Shown: piece by piece, positions 15,822 through 26,600 of the stretch
Numbering within the stretch: position 1 is the stretch's first letter
How the letters are laid out: every line of letters begins with the position of its first letter
Origin: an uncultured Candidatus Binatia bacterium
Lineage (GTDB): Bacteria > Desulfobacterota > Binatia > UBA9968 > JAJDTQ01
Assembly: GCA_964291295.2 (NCBI GenBank)
Contig: OZ219754.1
Coordinates: forward strand, 1,056,001-1,120,000
Length of the DNA stretch: 64,000 nt
Direction: 5' to 3'
The notes under the pieces: generated by a model
Told to the model about the DNA's origin: nothing
The model's input: the letters and a program-made list of their open reading frames with translations, nothing else
Database searches by the model: none
Position numbers and translations under genes: made by a program

Positions 15822-16664
15822 ATGGTTGAAATCAACAAAATTCATAAGGCAGATACCTTTGCCGTATTGCATCAGATAGAAGATGATTCCATCGATCTGG
15901 TTGTTTGTGATGGGCCTTATGGAGTGACGGTAAACGAATGGGACAGGATTGACGGCATCCAGGAATTCAATTTGAAACTTGTCAAGTTGTTCTCTTCCAA
16001 AATGAAGATGGGAGCCGCCCTGTATCTTTTTGGAAAACCCGATTGTATTGATTTTATTGATTACCGTCCGTTTCTCAGCCTGAAACGAAAAATCGTCTGG
16101 TATCAACCAGGTCGACTTGCCCAGGGTAGAATAAACTATACGAACAATTACGATGTGATCTGCTATTTCATCAAAGGGAAAGGGGCGAGAGCCTTCAATC
16201 TGGATGATATCCGGATTCCTCAGCTTGTCGAGTTGAGTCATCGGCAGCGGTGTGAACGGGTCCCGTCCGTTACCAATGGCAGATTCGGCAAAACCAGGTT
16301 CAATGGGAACGGAAAGAACCCGGGGGATGTCTGGGGGGATATCAAACAACTCACTTACAAATCAAAGGAACTTGTGAGTCGCGATACTCTGAATACCATC
16401 CAGAAACCGGAGAAGCTTATCGAGAGACTTGTCAAAGCCAGTTCCAATGAAGGGGATCTGATTCTCGATCCGTTTGCAGGGGTTGGCACCTGTCCTTTGG
16501 TATGCAGGAAATTGAACAGAAATTTCATAGGAATTGAACAGAAGGAGGATTTTGTTCGAAAGGCAAATCAGAGATTGTCCGATTATGCTCAATCATTGGC
16601 AGGTGTCCATGAAACGCAAAATTCATTCTCATATGATTCGCTTGATCATCAAGGCGGCAAATGA
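15822..16664 (+). CDS. Site-specific DNA methyltransferase (N4/N6, beta-type motif order)
   Basis: DGPY catalytic motif near the N-terminus, GDVW, QKP, LDPFAGVG near the C-terminus; AT-rich island. Confidence 0.92.
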   Translation: MVEINKIHKADTFAVLHQIEDDSIDLVVCDGPYGVTVNEWDRIDGIQEFNLKLVKLFSSKMKMGAALYLFGKPDCIDFIDYRPFLSLKRKIVWYQPGRLAQGRINYTNNYDVICYFIKGKGARAFNLDDIRIPQLVELSHRQRCERVPSVTNGRFGKTRFNGNGKNPGDVWGDIKQLTYKSKELVSRDTLNTIQKPEKLIERLVKASSNEGDLILDPFAGVGTCPLVCRKLNRNFIGIEQKEDFVRKANQRLSDYAQSLAGVHETQNSFSYDSLDHQGGK

Positions 16665-17117
16665 AGCTCGAAAATCAGGTATTGTCAACTTGCTCCAACC
16701 GGGCTTGGTGAAGGAGATGATAATTGCGGACCTCTTGGTCATAAGCTGATTGTTTCAAAAAGAGATGCGGATGCGTGTTCATTTTTCGATGAACATGAAA
16801 AATATGAATACCTTTCGTGTTTGGAGGGAGGGTCGGGTCAGCTTGACAGAATGTTCAGTAATCCTCCTGAAAAAAGAGGGGATTCACTCCACAGAATTAC
16901 AAGAAATTCCATGTTTTATCTTGCTGTGTTCTACGGAGACAACCGGACAAGATGTAAAATCATATATGAAATCAGGGTGGACGATGTTCTGAATGAGGCC
17001 AATCGCCAACTTGATGCCAGTCGAAACGACATATCTCATATTGGTTTTTCAGTAGATTGGGCAAGAAGCAAGGGCAAGGTTGTTCATGAAGACAAGACAT
17101 CTTTGCCAGGGCTATAA
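16609..17117 (+). pseudogene. Putative PvuII-like restriction endonuclease with frameshift at about 16737
   Basis: MKRK...GIVNLLQPGLVKEMIIADLL joins GHKLIVSKRDADA...YEYLS...DISHIGFSVDWARSKGKVV if one G is added in TTGGTCAT; overlaps the MTase 3' end. Confidence 0.65.
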
Positions 17118-17318
17118 TCCCCAGGATTTTTGCAGAACGGATATCCACCAGAGTCCCAGTTCCCAATTCGTGACCCATGATGGAACGAGGCGGCACATTT
17201 CCGGAATTTCGGACGAAAGTCTGGCCGTGTCCCCCGTCCGCCGCATCCCGAAGCGTCCTGTGAGTCACGCTCCCGGGAGCCTGTCCGGACGACGCTCCGG
17301 CCTCTTTGGATTCCCGAA

Positions 17319-18350
17319 ATGGCCATCGGCATCATAGGCGCGGGCGGCTGGGGAACGGCGCTGGCTGTCCTCCTGTGCCGGCGCCACCATCGGGTGGCCC
17401 TGTGGTGCCATTCCGCGGACACTTTCGCGCGGATGCGGGAGACCGGCGAGAACGCCGTCTACCTGCCCGGCGTCAGGTTGCCGGAGCGCCTGGAGGTCAC
17501 CCGTTCGCTGGAAAACGCGGTGCGCGGCCGCGAACTGCTCATCGGCGTGACGCCGTCCCACTTCCTGCGCGAGGTCATGGGCCGGGCGGCTCCCTACGTG
17601 GCGCCCGAAGCCATCGTCGCGTGCGGCTCCAAGGGAATCGAGGAGTCGACCTTGATGACCATGGGCGGCGTTCTGGAGGAGATCCTGGGTCGCCCGGAGC
17701 GGCACGCGTTCCTGTCCGGACCGACTTTTGCCCTGGAGGTGGCCCGGGGGCGGCCCGCCGCCATCACCGTGGCAAGCCGCGACCGGGAGGTGGCCGCCCG
17801 GGTGCAGCGGAGCCTCGGCTCTCCGGAGTTCCGGGTCTATACGTCCACCGATGTGGTGGGCGTCCAGATGGGCGGCGTGATCAAGAACGTCATCGCCATC
17901 GCCGCGGGCGTCAGCGACGGCCTGGAGCTCGGCCACAACGCCAGGGCCGCGCTCATCACCCGGGGGTTGGCCGAGATGATCCGCCTGGCCGTGAAGATGG
18001 GCGCCGAGCCGGCCACCCTCTCCGGCCTTCCGGGCCTTGGCGACCTCGTGCTCACCTGCACCGGCCAGCTGAGCCGCAACCGCGGGGTCGGCCGCGAGCT
18101 GGGCCGGGGGCGCCCGCTTGCGGAAGTGGTCGGTGCAACCCGGGCGGTGGCGGAGGGTATCCGCAATACCCGCTCCGTGCGCCTCCTGGCCGGGAGTCAT
18201 CATGTCGAGATGCCCATCGTGGAGCAGATGTACCGCGTGCTCTACGAGGGCAAGGATCCCATGCAGGCCGTCCGCGACCTCATGGGCCGGACCCTGAGGC
18301 CGGAGGCCGATGAAGAGTCGGCTGCCGGTCTCTTCCCCTCGGGGGATTGA
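17319..18350 (+). CDS. gpsA: NAD(P)H-dependent glycerol-3-phosphate dehydrogenase
   Basis: GAGGWGTALA, SGPTFA, KNVIAIAAG, GLGDLVLTC, SRN. Confidence 0.97.
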   Translation: MAIGIIGAGGWGTALAVLLCRRHHRVALWCHSADTFARMRETGENAVYLPGVRLPERLEVTRSLENAVRGRELLIGVTPSHFLREVMGRAAPYVAPEAIVACGSKGIEESTLMTMGGVLEEILGRPERHAFLSGPTFALEVARGRPAAITVASRDREVAARVQRSLGSPEFRVYTSTDVVGVQMGGVIKNVIAIAAGVSDGLELGHNARAALITRGLAEMIRLAVKMGAEPATLSGLPGLGDLVLTCTGQLSRNRGVGRELGRGRPLAEVVGATRAVAEGIRNTRSVRLLAGSHHVEMPIVEQMYRVLYEGKDPMQAVRDLMGRTLRPEADEESAAGLFPSGD

Positions 18351-18428
18351 CGGGATTCCGCCCGCCGCAAATTGACAAGCCATCCGCCGTGTGCTTGAAA
18401 TAGAACACCGAAAGATGAAGGTGCGGAA

Positions 18429-18590
18429 ATGAAACGGACGTATCAACCAAGCAATCTCAGGCGAAAGAGAACGCACGGTTTCTTCGCGCGAATGGAGACC
18501 CCCGGCGGACGCAACGTGCTGAGGCGCCGGAGGGCCAAGGGAAGAAAGCGGTTGACCGTCGTCATCCCACCGAAGGGTCCTCGCACCTAG
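18429..18590 (+). CDS. rpmH: 50S ribosomal protein L34
   Basis: Translated by hand: [22 protein letters not shown]...[12 protein letters not shown]. Confidence 0.97.
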   Translation: MKRTYQPSNLRRKRTHGFFARMETPGGRNVLRRRRAKGRKRLTVVIPPKGPRT

Positions 18591-18599
18591 GACGGGCTG

Positions 18600-18974
18600 T
18601 TGTCCGTTGCCCGCGAGGGTTTCCCCAGGGAAGCCCGCCTGACCAGACGTTCCGACTTCCTGCTGCTGTCCCGCAGGGGCAGGAAGGCCTACGCGCCGCA
18701 CTTCATTATCATCCGACGAGACAACGACCACTTGGGCAGGCGGCTGGGAGTCACGGTCAGCGCCAAGGTGGGGAAGGCGGTGGTGCGCAACCGCGTCAAG
18801 CGGGCGTTGCGCGAGTTCTTTCGCCGCGGGCGGGAGCACTTCAAGCCCGACATGGATATGGTCATCATTGCCCGCCGGGGAGCGGGTGAGTTGAGTCACG
18901 CGGCCATGACCGCGGAGCTTCGCAAGCTGGTCGGCTCCGGCGTCCGGCGCGACGCGGGCCCGCCGCCTCGGTGA
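18600..18974 (+). CDS. rnpA: Ribonuclease P protein component
   Basis: [21 protein letters not shown] (RNR motif); follows rpmH. Confidence 0.95.
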   Translation: MSVAREGFPREARLTRRSDFLLLSRRGRKAYAPHFIIIRRDNDHLGRRLGVTVSAKVGKAVVRNRVKRALREFFRRGREHFKPDMDMVIIARRGAGELSHAAMTAELRKLVGSGVRRDAGPPPR

Positions 18975-18978
18975 CCCC

Positions 18979-19200
18979 ATGACGACCATGGCCGGCACCG
19001 CCGTGCGCGTCTGCATCAGGGCCTACCAGCGGTTTCTCTCACCGCTGCTGCCGCGCACCTGCCGGTACCATCCGACATGTTCCGCCTACGCGTTGCAGGC
19101 GGTGCACCGCCACGGCGTGGTCAAGGGCCTTGGCTTGGGTGCGTGGAGGCTCCTGCGCTGCAATCCGCTTACAGACGGAGGGTACGACCCGGTTCCATAG
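18979..19200 (+). CDS. yidD: Membrane protein insertion efficiency factor
   Basis: [10 protein letters not shown]...RCNP...GGYDPVP. Confidence 0.95.
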   Translation: MTTMAGTAVRVCIRAYQRFLSPLLPRTCRYHPTCSAYALQAVHRHGVVKGLGLGAWRLLRCNPLTDGGYDPVP

Positions 19201-19206
19201 GTATCC

Positions 19207-20826
19207 ATGGAAAAGCGAGCCTTCATAGCAGTCATCTTCTCGATTCTCATCATCATCCTGTACCAGGAGTACGTGAGGCGGTTCCATCCGCCGGCGCCGC
19301 CGCCCGCCCGGGAGGAGACCGCGTCCGGCCCGGGGAAGGCGGCCCCCGCGCCGCGGGTGACGCCTCCAGTGCCAGCCTCGGCTCCCGCCGTGGAGACTGC
19401 CCGGACGGTCCCGGTGCGGGATGTGACGGTGGAGACCCCCGACTATATCGCCCGCTTCACCAATCAGGGAGCCCGGCTCAAGAGCTTCCGCCTGAAGCGG
19501 TACCGTTCAGGAGTGGCCGCCGGCAGCCCGTTGATCGAAATGGTCTCTCCCGGGCCGGGGATGGAATACCCCCTGGGGCTCCGTCTCGACGACACGCCCG
19601 CGGGTACCGATCAGGCGCTGGTCTACGAAGTCCGGGGCGCGGACCTGAGTCTGAAGGAAGGCGGTGCCGGGAGCCTCGTCTTCGTCGGTGCGACGCCGTC
19701 CGGCCGCCGCGTCGTCAAGCAGTTCGACTTCAGCGGCTCCAGCCATGCGGTGGAGGTGGAAGTGTCGATGGCGGGTTCGCCGCAGGGCGCCACGCTGCTC
19801 TTCACCACCGGCGGCGAGAACAAGGGAGTCAAGGGCGATGCCTTGTTCGAGGGTGTCATCGCGTTGCGCCAGGGGGAACTGACGCGCGAATGGCCGGACG
19901 ACATCGAAGGCCGGGTGAATTTCAACGCGCCGCTTTCATGGGCCGGCTTCGGCTACACCTATTTCGTTTCCGCGCTCATCCCGGCGGAAGGCGTCGAGGC
20001 CGATGCCACCGTGATGCCGGGCCCCGGCCGGGCGCGAGGGTTTGTCCTGGAGGTCCGCGGCCGGGTTCTCCCGGCCGCGGAGCGTGTTGCCCGCTACCGG
20101 CTCTTCATGGGCCCCAAGGTGCTCAGTCTGCTCAAGTCCTTCGACCGGGGTCTCGAGGAGTCCATCGACTTCGGCTACTTCGCCTTCATCTCGGTGCCGA
20201 TGCTTCAGGCGCTGCATTTCTTCCAGACGTACACGGGCAACTACGGCCTCGACATCATCCTGCTTACCCTTGTCATCAAGCTGCTGTTGTGGCCGCTGAC
20301 GCAGAAGAGCTTCGTTTCCATGAAGCGGATGCAGAAGCTCCAGCCGCAGATGCAGCGTCTCAAGGACAAGTTCGGGGACGACAAGCAGCGCCTGAACAAG
20401 GAGATGATGGATCTCTACAAGCGGAACAAGGTGAATCCGTTCGGGAGCTGTCTGCCCATGCTCCTGCAGTTCCCTTTCTTCATTGGCTTCTACAACGCGT
20501 TGCTGACACCCATCGAGTTGCGTCACGCCAGCTTCCTGTGGATCAAGGATCTGTCCCGCCCGGACTGGGAATCGCTCCCCTTCTCGGCCTTCGGTTACGA
20601 CGTGGGCATTCCCGTGCTGGTGCTGCTCATGGGAGCGAGCATGTTCATTCAGCAGTGGATGTCGCCCGCTGTGGGCGACCCCAACCAGCGGCGCATGATG
20701 ATGCTCATGCCGCTGATCTTTACCGTGATCTTCGTGAGCTTTCCGTCGGGACTCACGATCTACTGGTTCGTGAACAATATCCTGAGCATCGCCCAGCAAT
20801 ACCTGATCAACCGGAAGGAGCGTTGA
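19207..20826 (+). CDS. yidC: Membrane protein insertase
   Basis: N-terminal TM, periplasmic domain, NYG, CLPMLLQFP, PSGLTIYW. Confidence 0.97.
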   Translation: MEKRAFIAVIFSILIIILYQEYVRRFHPPAPPPAREETASGPGKAAPAPRVTPPVPASAPAVETARTVPVRDVTVETPDYIARFTNQGARLKSFRLKRYRSGVAAGSPLIEMVSPGPGMEYPLGLRLDDTPAGTDQALVYEVRGADLSLKEGGAGSLVFVGATPSGRRVVKQFDFSGSSHAVEVEVSMAGSPQGATLLFTTGGENKGVKGDALFEGVIALRQGELTREWPDDIEGRVNFNAPLSWAGFGYTYFVSALIPAEGVEADATVMPGPGRARGFVLEVRGRVLPAAERVARYRLFMGPKVLSLLKSFDRGLEESIDFGYFAFISVPMLQALHFFQTYTGNYGLDIILLTLVIKLLLWPLTQKSFVSMKRMQKLQPQMQRLKDKFGDDKQRLNKEMMDLYKRNKVNPFGSCLPMLLQFPFFIGFYNALLTPIELRHASFLWIKDLSRPDWESLPFSAFGYDVGIPVLVLLMGASMFIQQWMSPAVGDPNQRRMMMLMPLIFTVIFVSFPSGLTIYWFVNNILSIAQQYLINRKER

Positions 20827-20881
20827 GGGGCGGCGGCCGGCTGAGCCGGGACGGATGCGCCCCGTGGAGGAGAGGTTTGTC

Positions 20882-21757
20882 ATGAAGCAAGTGGAAACGG
20901 AAGGAGAGACCCTTGACCAGGCCATCACCAGGGCGCTGAATCTGTTGGGGGTCGAGCGGGACAAGGTTTCCCTGGATATTCTGGCTGAACAGAAAATGGG
21001 GCTGCTCGGTTTCGGCCGCCAGAACCCGCGGGTGCGCGCCACCATCCGGGACGCGGTGGTGCCGGAGGAGGATGCCGGAAACAAGGATGATGCCGGAAAC
21101 AGCCGCGCTGCGGACGAGCCTGTCGGCGAACCGGCGGCGAGGGTGTCCCCGGCGGTGGAGCCTGCCGCGGTGGAGCCTGCCATGGATGAGGGCGTCGCCG
21201 GCGAGCCCGAGGAAGGCGAGCCGGTCGAGGAGTTTCCGCAGACGGCTCAACGCATTGCGGAGGTTCGGGCGGTCAGCGTCGAGGTGCTGACGAAGATACT
21301 CGGGCTTATGGGCATGGATGCCGAGGTGGTGGTCAACCCGGGTACGGATTCTTCGGAGTTCGTCCTGGACATTCAGGGCGACAGCAGCGCGCTCCTCATC
21401 GGCCACAGGGGCCAGACCCTGGAGTCCCTCCAGCACATCGTCGGCCGTATCGTGGCGGAAAGGGTCGGGGCCGGCGCTCCCAAGCCTGTCGTCGACGCGG
21501 AAGACTACCGCGGAAGGCGGGTGCGGTCCCTGGAGGACATGGCGCTGCGCATGGGCGAGCAGGCCAAGCGCAGCCGGAAGACCCAGGGGATCGACACCCT
21601 CAGCGCCCGCGAGCGGCGCATTGTCCACATGGCCCTCAGGGACGACCCGTGGCTCACCACCCGGAGCCTCGGCCAAGGCGCCTGCCGGCGGCTCCTGATC
21701 ATCCCCGAAGGGGATCGCAAGGCATTGGAAACCGACCCGGCAGGCGACGGTTCGTGA
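20882..21757 (+). CDS. jag: RNA-binding protein Jag/KhpB (Jag_N, KH, R3H)
   Basis: LIGHRGQTLESLQ, ERRIVHMAL; follows yidC; start at ATG 20882 with SD. Confidence 0.92.
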   Translation: MKQVETEGETLDQAITRALNLLGVERDKVSLDILAEQKMGLLGFGRQNPRVRATIRDAVVPEEDAGNKDDAGNSRAADEPVGEPAARVSPAVEPAAVEPAMDEGVAGEPEEGEPVEEFPQTAQRIAEVRAVSVEVLTKILGLMGMDAEVVVNPGTDSSEFVLDIQGDSSALLIGHRGQTLESLQHIVGRIVAERVGAGAPKPVVDAEDYRGRRVRSLEDMALRMGEQAKRSRKTQGIDTLSARERRIVHMALRDDPWLTTRSLGQGACRRLLIIPEGDRKALETDPAGDGS

Positions 21758-21770
21758 TGCCGGTGGTGCA

Positions 21771-21824
21771 TTGATTCCGGCGAATCCCGGTTTATAATGT
21801 GTAGTTGACCGGCTGACCGGTCAA
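21771..21824 (+). promoter_or_regulatory. Sigma70 promoter plus palindromic operator upstream of TetR gene
   Basis: TTGATT-N16-TATAAT (21771-21798); TTGACCGG-ctga-CCGGTCAA at 21805-21824. Confidence 0.75.
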
Positions 21825-21832
21825 GGAAAGCC

Positions 21833-22432
21833 ATGCCCATCGTTGTCGACAAGGAACGCAAGCGCGCGGAGATCCTGGAAGCGGCCATGACCGTCGTGGC
21901 CCAGAAGGGTTTTCATCACTCCAAGATGGAGGATGTGGCCAGTGCCGCCAGGATCGGCAAGGGAACCATCTACGAATACTTCGAGAGCAAGCACCAACTG
22001 CTCCAGGCGCTTCACGGTTACATGCTGGGCAAGCTCAAGGAATACTACGAGGAGAAGTTGCGGGGCATCGAGGAACCGCCGCAGATCATTGCGGGGTTCC
22101 TGGCCGCCGCCCTCGCAAGCTTCCGCCAATGGGAGCCCTTCTTCTACGTATTCTGCGACGTCTGGGCGGAGGCGGGCCGGGACGAGCAGCAGAGCCTCCT
22201 GCGCACGCAGTTGCGGGCCGCCTACCGATCCTCCATCAACGATCTGGTCCGGGTGATCGAGGCGGGCGTGGCCGGCGGCTTTTTCCACTGCGACCAGCCC
22301 AGGCTCGCGGCCGAGCATCTGCTGGCTTGCGTCGACGGGCTGGCGCTGCACTGGCTGTACGACCCGGAGGTCTTCGACCTGGAAGCGATGACGGAAGCCC
22401 TTACGCGGGCGGTGATGAGGAGTCTGCAATGA
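21833..22432 (+). CDS. TetR/AcrR family transcriptional regulator
   Basis: HTH ILEAA...DVASAARIGKGTIYEYFESK. Confidence 0.95.
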   Translation: MPIVVDKERKRAEILEAAMTVVAQKGFHHSKMEDVASAARIGKGTIYEYFESKHQLLQALHGYMLGKLKEYYEEKLRGIEEPPQIIAGFLAAALASFRQWEPFFYVFCDVWAEAGRDEQQSLLRTQLRAAYRSSINDLVRVIEAGVAGGFFHCDQPRLAAEHLLACVDGLALHWLYDPEVFDLEAMTEALTRAVMRSLQ

Positions 22433-23682
22433 AGGTTCGCATCGCCTTGTCGATATTGTTCATTCTTCTCCTGAGCGCCGTGACCGCGGTGGGCGTCTAC
22501 GTCATCAGCGACGTCAAGGAACCGCCCCGGGTCCAACCGGCGGCCGTACCCGTGCCGGTGGAGGTGGCGCCGGTGGTGGCCGCCGATTTCGTGCACCGGA
22601 TCGAGGCGCTGGGGACCCTGTCCGCCGGCCGCGAAGGGTCCGTCAGCGCGGACATCAGCGGCCGGGTGGTGGGGATCCCCGCGGCCATCGACCTCGGCAG
22701 CGTGGTGCGGGCCGGTGACGTGATGGCGCAGGTGGATGCCAAGGATTTCAGGATCGCGGTCCGGAAGGCGGCGGCGCAGGTGGCCGGCGCCAGGGCGCGG
22801 GTGCGCAAGGCCTCGGTGGACATTGAACGACAGCGGAAGCTGGTGGCTCTCAACCGGGAACAGCTGCGGCTGGCTCGCGCGGAGCACCAGAGACTCACCC
22901 GGCTGCTGAAGCAGGGGCTGGTTTCCAACCAGGAGGCGGAGCGGCAGGAGCTGGCCTGGCGGCGCATCGAGGAGGAGCTCGAGTCGGCCAGGAGCGGGGA
23001 GCGGGGGACGGAAGCGCTGCATGCCATCGCCGAGGCGGAGCTTGCCCTGGCCGAGGTTCAACTGGAACAGGCGCGGGAAACTCTGAGGGATACCGATATC
23101 CGCGCGCCGTTCGCCGGCGTCATCGCGCAAAAGAACGTGACGCTGGGGGAGCGTGTCGCTCCCGGGCAGGTGCTGTTCCAACTGGCCGACATCGAGACGG
23201 TCAAGCTCGATGTGCGCATTCCGGCTGCCGACATCCACCGGCTCGGCCCCCGGATCACGGCCAACGTGCGCGTGCGCGGGCTGGAAGAGGACTTTACCGG
23301 ACAGGTGGCCAACATCGGTCCGCAGGCGGACCGACAGACTCGCTCGTTTCCGGTGGAGATCTTCATGTCCAACGCTTCCGGCGGCAAGCTGCTTCCCGGG
23401 ATGTTCGCGCGGGCCTTGATCCCGGTCGGCGACTATCCGGGGGCGATCCTGGTTCCGCGCGACAGCGTCCTCTTCGAGGATGGCGGGCCTGCGGTCTTCG
23501 TGGCGGACCCGGATGCCGGTCGGGCCGGGCGGCGCGCCGTGCGCGTCGCCCGGCGGTTCGGGGCCCGCTACATGATCGCCTCCGGGCTTGAACCCGGGGA
23601 GCTTCTGGTAACCGCCGGACAGCGCCTGCTGCTGGACGGCGCCCGCATTCGGGTGGTCAAGCGCCGGGATCTGTCCTCATGA
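22429..23682 (+). CDS. RND efflux periplasmic adaptor (membrane fusion protein)
   Basis: N-terminal anchor, lipoyl halves, coiled coil, IRAPFAG, LLPGMFA; ATGA coupling. Confidence 0.93.
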   Translation: MKVRIALSILFILLLSAVTAVGVYVISDVKEPPRVQPAAVPVPVEVAPVVAADFVHRIEALGTLSAGREGSVSADISGRVVGIPAAIDLGSVVRAGDVMAQVDAKDFRIAVRKAAAQVAGARARVRKASVDIERQRKLVALNREQLRLARAEHQRLTRLLKQGLVSNQEAERQELAWRRIEEELESARSGERGTEALHAIAEAELALAEVQLEQARETLRDTDIRAPFAGVIAQKNVTLGERVAPGQVLFQLADIETVKLDVRIPAADIHRLGPRITANVRVRGLEEDFTGQVANIGPQADRQTRSFPVEIFMSNASGGKLLPGMFARALIPVGDYPGAILVPRDSVLFEDGGPAVFVADPDAGRAGRRAVRVARRFGARYMIASGLEPGELLVTAGQRLLLDGARIRVVKRRDLSS

Positions 23683-26600
23683 GAAAGATCATCGAGTTCT
23701 CCATCGGCAACCCCGTCATCGTCAACCTGTTGGTGCTGCTGATCCTTGTCCTGGGCGCGATTTCCTACGTCAAGTTGAAGCGTGAACTGGCTCCCGACAT
23801 CTCCCGCGGGGTGATACGGATCGATACGGCTTACCCGGGTGCGTCGCCCGAGGAGGTGGAGGAGCTCATCACCGCCAGGATCGAGGATCAGGTCCGCAAC
23901 GTCGACGGTGTCGACGACATGCTCTCCACCTCTCGCGAGGGCCATTCCACAATCCGCCTGCGATTGCAGTCGGACACCGACATGAGCCGCGCCCTGGGCG
24001 ACGCCAGAGCCGCCCTGGACCGGGTCGTCGGCCTGCCGGAGGAGGTCGACGAGCCCCGGGTGGCGGAGGCCCAGTCCACTGTCCCGGTGATCACCGTCGC
24101 GCTGAGCGGCGACATACCCGAACAGGAGCTGCGCGAGATCGCCAAGGATGTGCAGGAACAACTCAGGCGGGTCGACGGTGTCGCCGCCGTGTCGATATTC
24201 GGCATGCGGGAGAGCCGGATTCTCATCGAGATCGACCCGGAACGCCTCGACCAGTACAGCTTGAGCCTTGATGAGGTGCGCGCCGCCGTGAACAATCAGA
24301 ACCGCAACGTGCCCGGCGGCGCGCTGAAGACCGCCCGGGGCGAGATCCTGGTGCGGACCCTGGGTGTGGCCGGAGGCGTGGCCGATCTGGAGCGCATGAT
24401 CCTGCGTTCCACCGATACCGGCCATGCGCTTGTCGTGGGAGACGTCGCGGCGGTGCGCGAGTCCTTCGAGGACGCCACCACCCTCGCGCGCTTCGACGGC
24501 AAGCCTTCGCTCAACCTCGTGGTCATCAAGGAGCGAAACGGCGACATCATCAGCGTGGCGGAACGCGTCCGCGCCGCCGTGGCGGAGATTCGCAAGACCC
24601 TGCCGGGGACCGTTTCCCTCGGCCTCTTCAACGACTTCTCGGTGTTCATCCGAAACCGTCTGGGCACCCTGGGCGAGAGCGGCGCCATCGGCCTGGCCAT
24701 CGTGCTGGCGACGCTCTGCATCTTCGTCCGCGGGCGGACGGCGCTGTTGACCGCCTTCGGCATTCCGTTCGCGGTGCTGGGCTGTCTGTTCCTGATGTCG
24801 GTTTACGGCTTCAGCCTCAACATGATCTCCGCCTTCGGCCTGATTCTGGTCATCGGCCTTCTGGTGGACGATGCCGTCATCGTTACCGAAAACGTGTACC
24901 GCTACGTCGAGCAGGGCTTGCCCGCCAAGGAGGCCGCTCTTGAGGGTACCTGCGAGATCGCCTGGCCGGTGGTCACCACCGTGCTCACCACCGTCGCGGC
25001 GTTCGTTCCGTTCCTGCTGGTGCCGGGAACCACGGGCGCCTTCCTGAGGCCCCTCCCGGTGGTGGTGACCTTCGCGCTGCTGTTCTCGCTGCTGGAGGTC
25101 CTGCTCATCCTGCCGTCGCATCTTTCGGACGTCATCACGCCCGCCTATGCGGACAAGGTGCGCCGCGGCGGGCGCCGCTGGCTTCCCGGCCTGCGCCGTC
25201 GCAAGCGGCCGAGCGGCCCCGGCCCCGGCAAGAGTTCGTGGTTGACCTGCTTGCGCCATCGCTATGAAAGGATCCTGGGACTCGCGGTCCGCTGGCGTTA
25301 CGTGGCGGTAGCCGTGATCGTGGCGGCAAGCGTGCTGCTGGCCGCGGCGGCCCGGTATCGGGTGCCCTTCGTGCTCTTTCGCGACTTCGAATCGAGCCAG
25401 TTCTTCGTGAATTTCGAAACCTCTACCAACGCCAAGCTGGAAGATACCGAGGCGGTGGCGGTTCAGGCCGAAGAGATCGTTCTGGGCTTGCCCGACGATG
25501 AGCTCAAGTCCCTGTCCACGACCGTCGGCGCCGCCTTCCTCGACCTGGACCGCGTGGTGACGGGAAGCAATGTGGGACAGCTCACGCTGGAGCTCCACGA
25601 CGACCGGAGCCGAAACTCGGCGGAGATCGTTGCCGATCTCCGGGGGGAACTGGAACGGATACCGGGCATTACCAAGCTCCAGTTCCTCAGTCTCCAGGCC
25701 GGACCCGGTGGTCCCGACATCGAGATTCGGGTCATCGGCGAGAACCTCGAAAGCCTCCGGCGTCTGACCGACGAGGTCAAGGGATTCCTGGCCACTCTGC
25801 CCGGGGTACGGGACATCCGCGATGATCTGGTTGCGGGCAAGGAGGAGCTCCGCATCAGCCTCAAGCCGGAAGGCCGCACCCTGGGGCTCGACCTGAGGGG
25901 CGTCGCGCGCCAGGTGCAGCAGGGCTTCCAGGGGGTCGAGGCCTCAAGCATCCAGCGGGGGGACGAAGACGTGCCCATCGTCGTCCGGTTCCCCCGGGAC
26001 CGGCGCAGCCACGTCGACACCGTGTCGCGCATGAAGTTCACGCTGCCTTCCGGGGAGCGGGTTTTCCTTCGCGACGTTGCCGACATTGGCACCGGCATCA
26101 GCCCGAGCCAGATCAACCGGGATGACCGCAAGCGGACGCTGAGCGTCTATGCCGAGGTGGAGGCGGGAAAGACCACCGTGGTGGAGGCCACCGACGCCCT
26201 GCGCCGGGAGTTCGCCGATGCCGGCCGGCGCTACCCCGGGCACAGGGTCGTGACCAAGGGGGAACGGCAGGAAATGGAGGAGTCCCTGGCCGCCCTGCCG
26301 CAGATCTCCCTGCTCACGTTGTTCGTCATCTACTTCTTGCTGGGTTCCCTGTTCAAGTCGTTCATACAACCGATCATCGTCATGGCCACGATTCCCTTCG
26401 CCCTGGGCGGCGTCGTCATCGGCCATCTCGTCATGGGCGAGAACCTGAGCTTCCTGTCCATCCTGGGCTTCATTGCCCTTGCCGGAGTCGTGGTCAACGA
26501 TTCCCTGATCCTGGTGGACTTCATCAACCGCAGCCGGAGAAGCGGCATGTCGGCATACGACTCCATTGTCCGGTCCGGAGTCGTGCGGCTGAGACCGGTC

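Larger units (their letters stand above)
15731..17266. mobile_element. MITE-like element copy A, apparently split by or carrying the R-M cassette
   Basis: GCGCCGCGGAA at 15731-15741 joined to GATTTTTG... at 17125-17266 reconstructs a sequence colinear with copies B and C. Confidence 0.5.
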
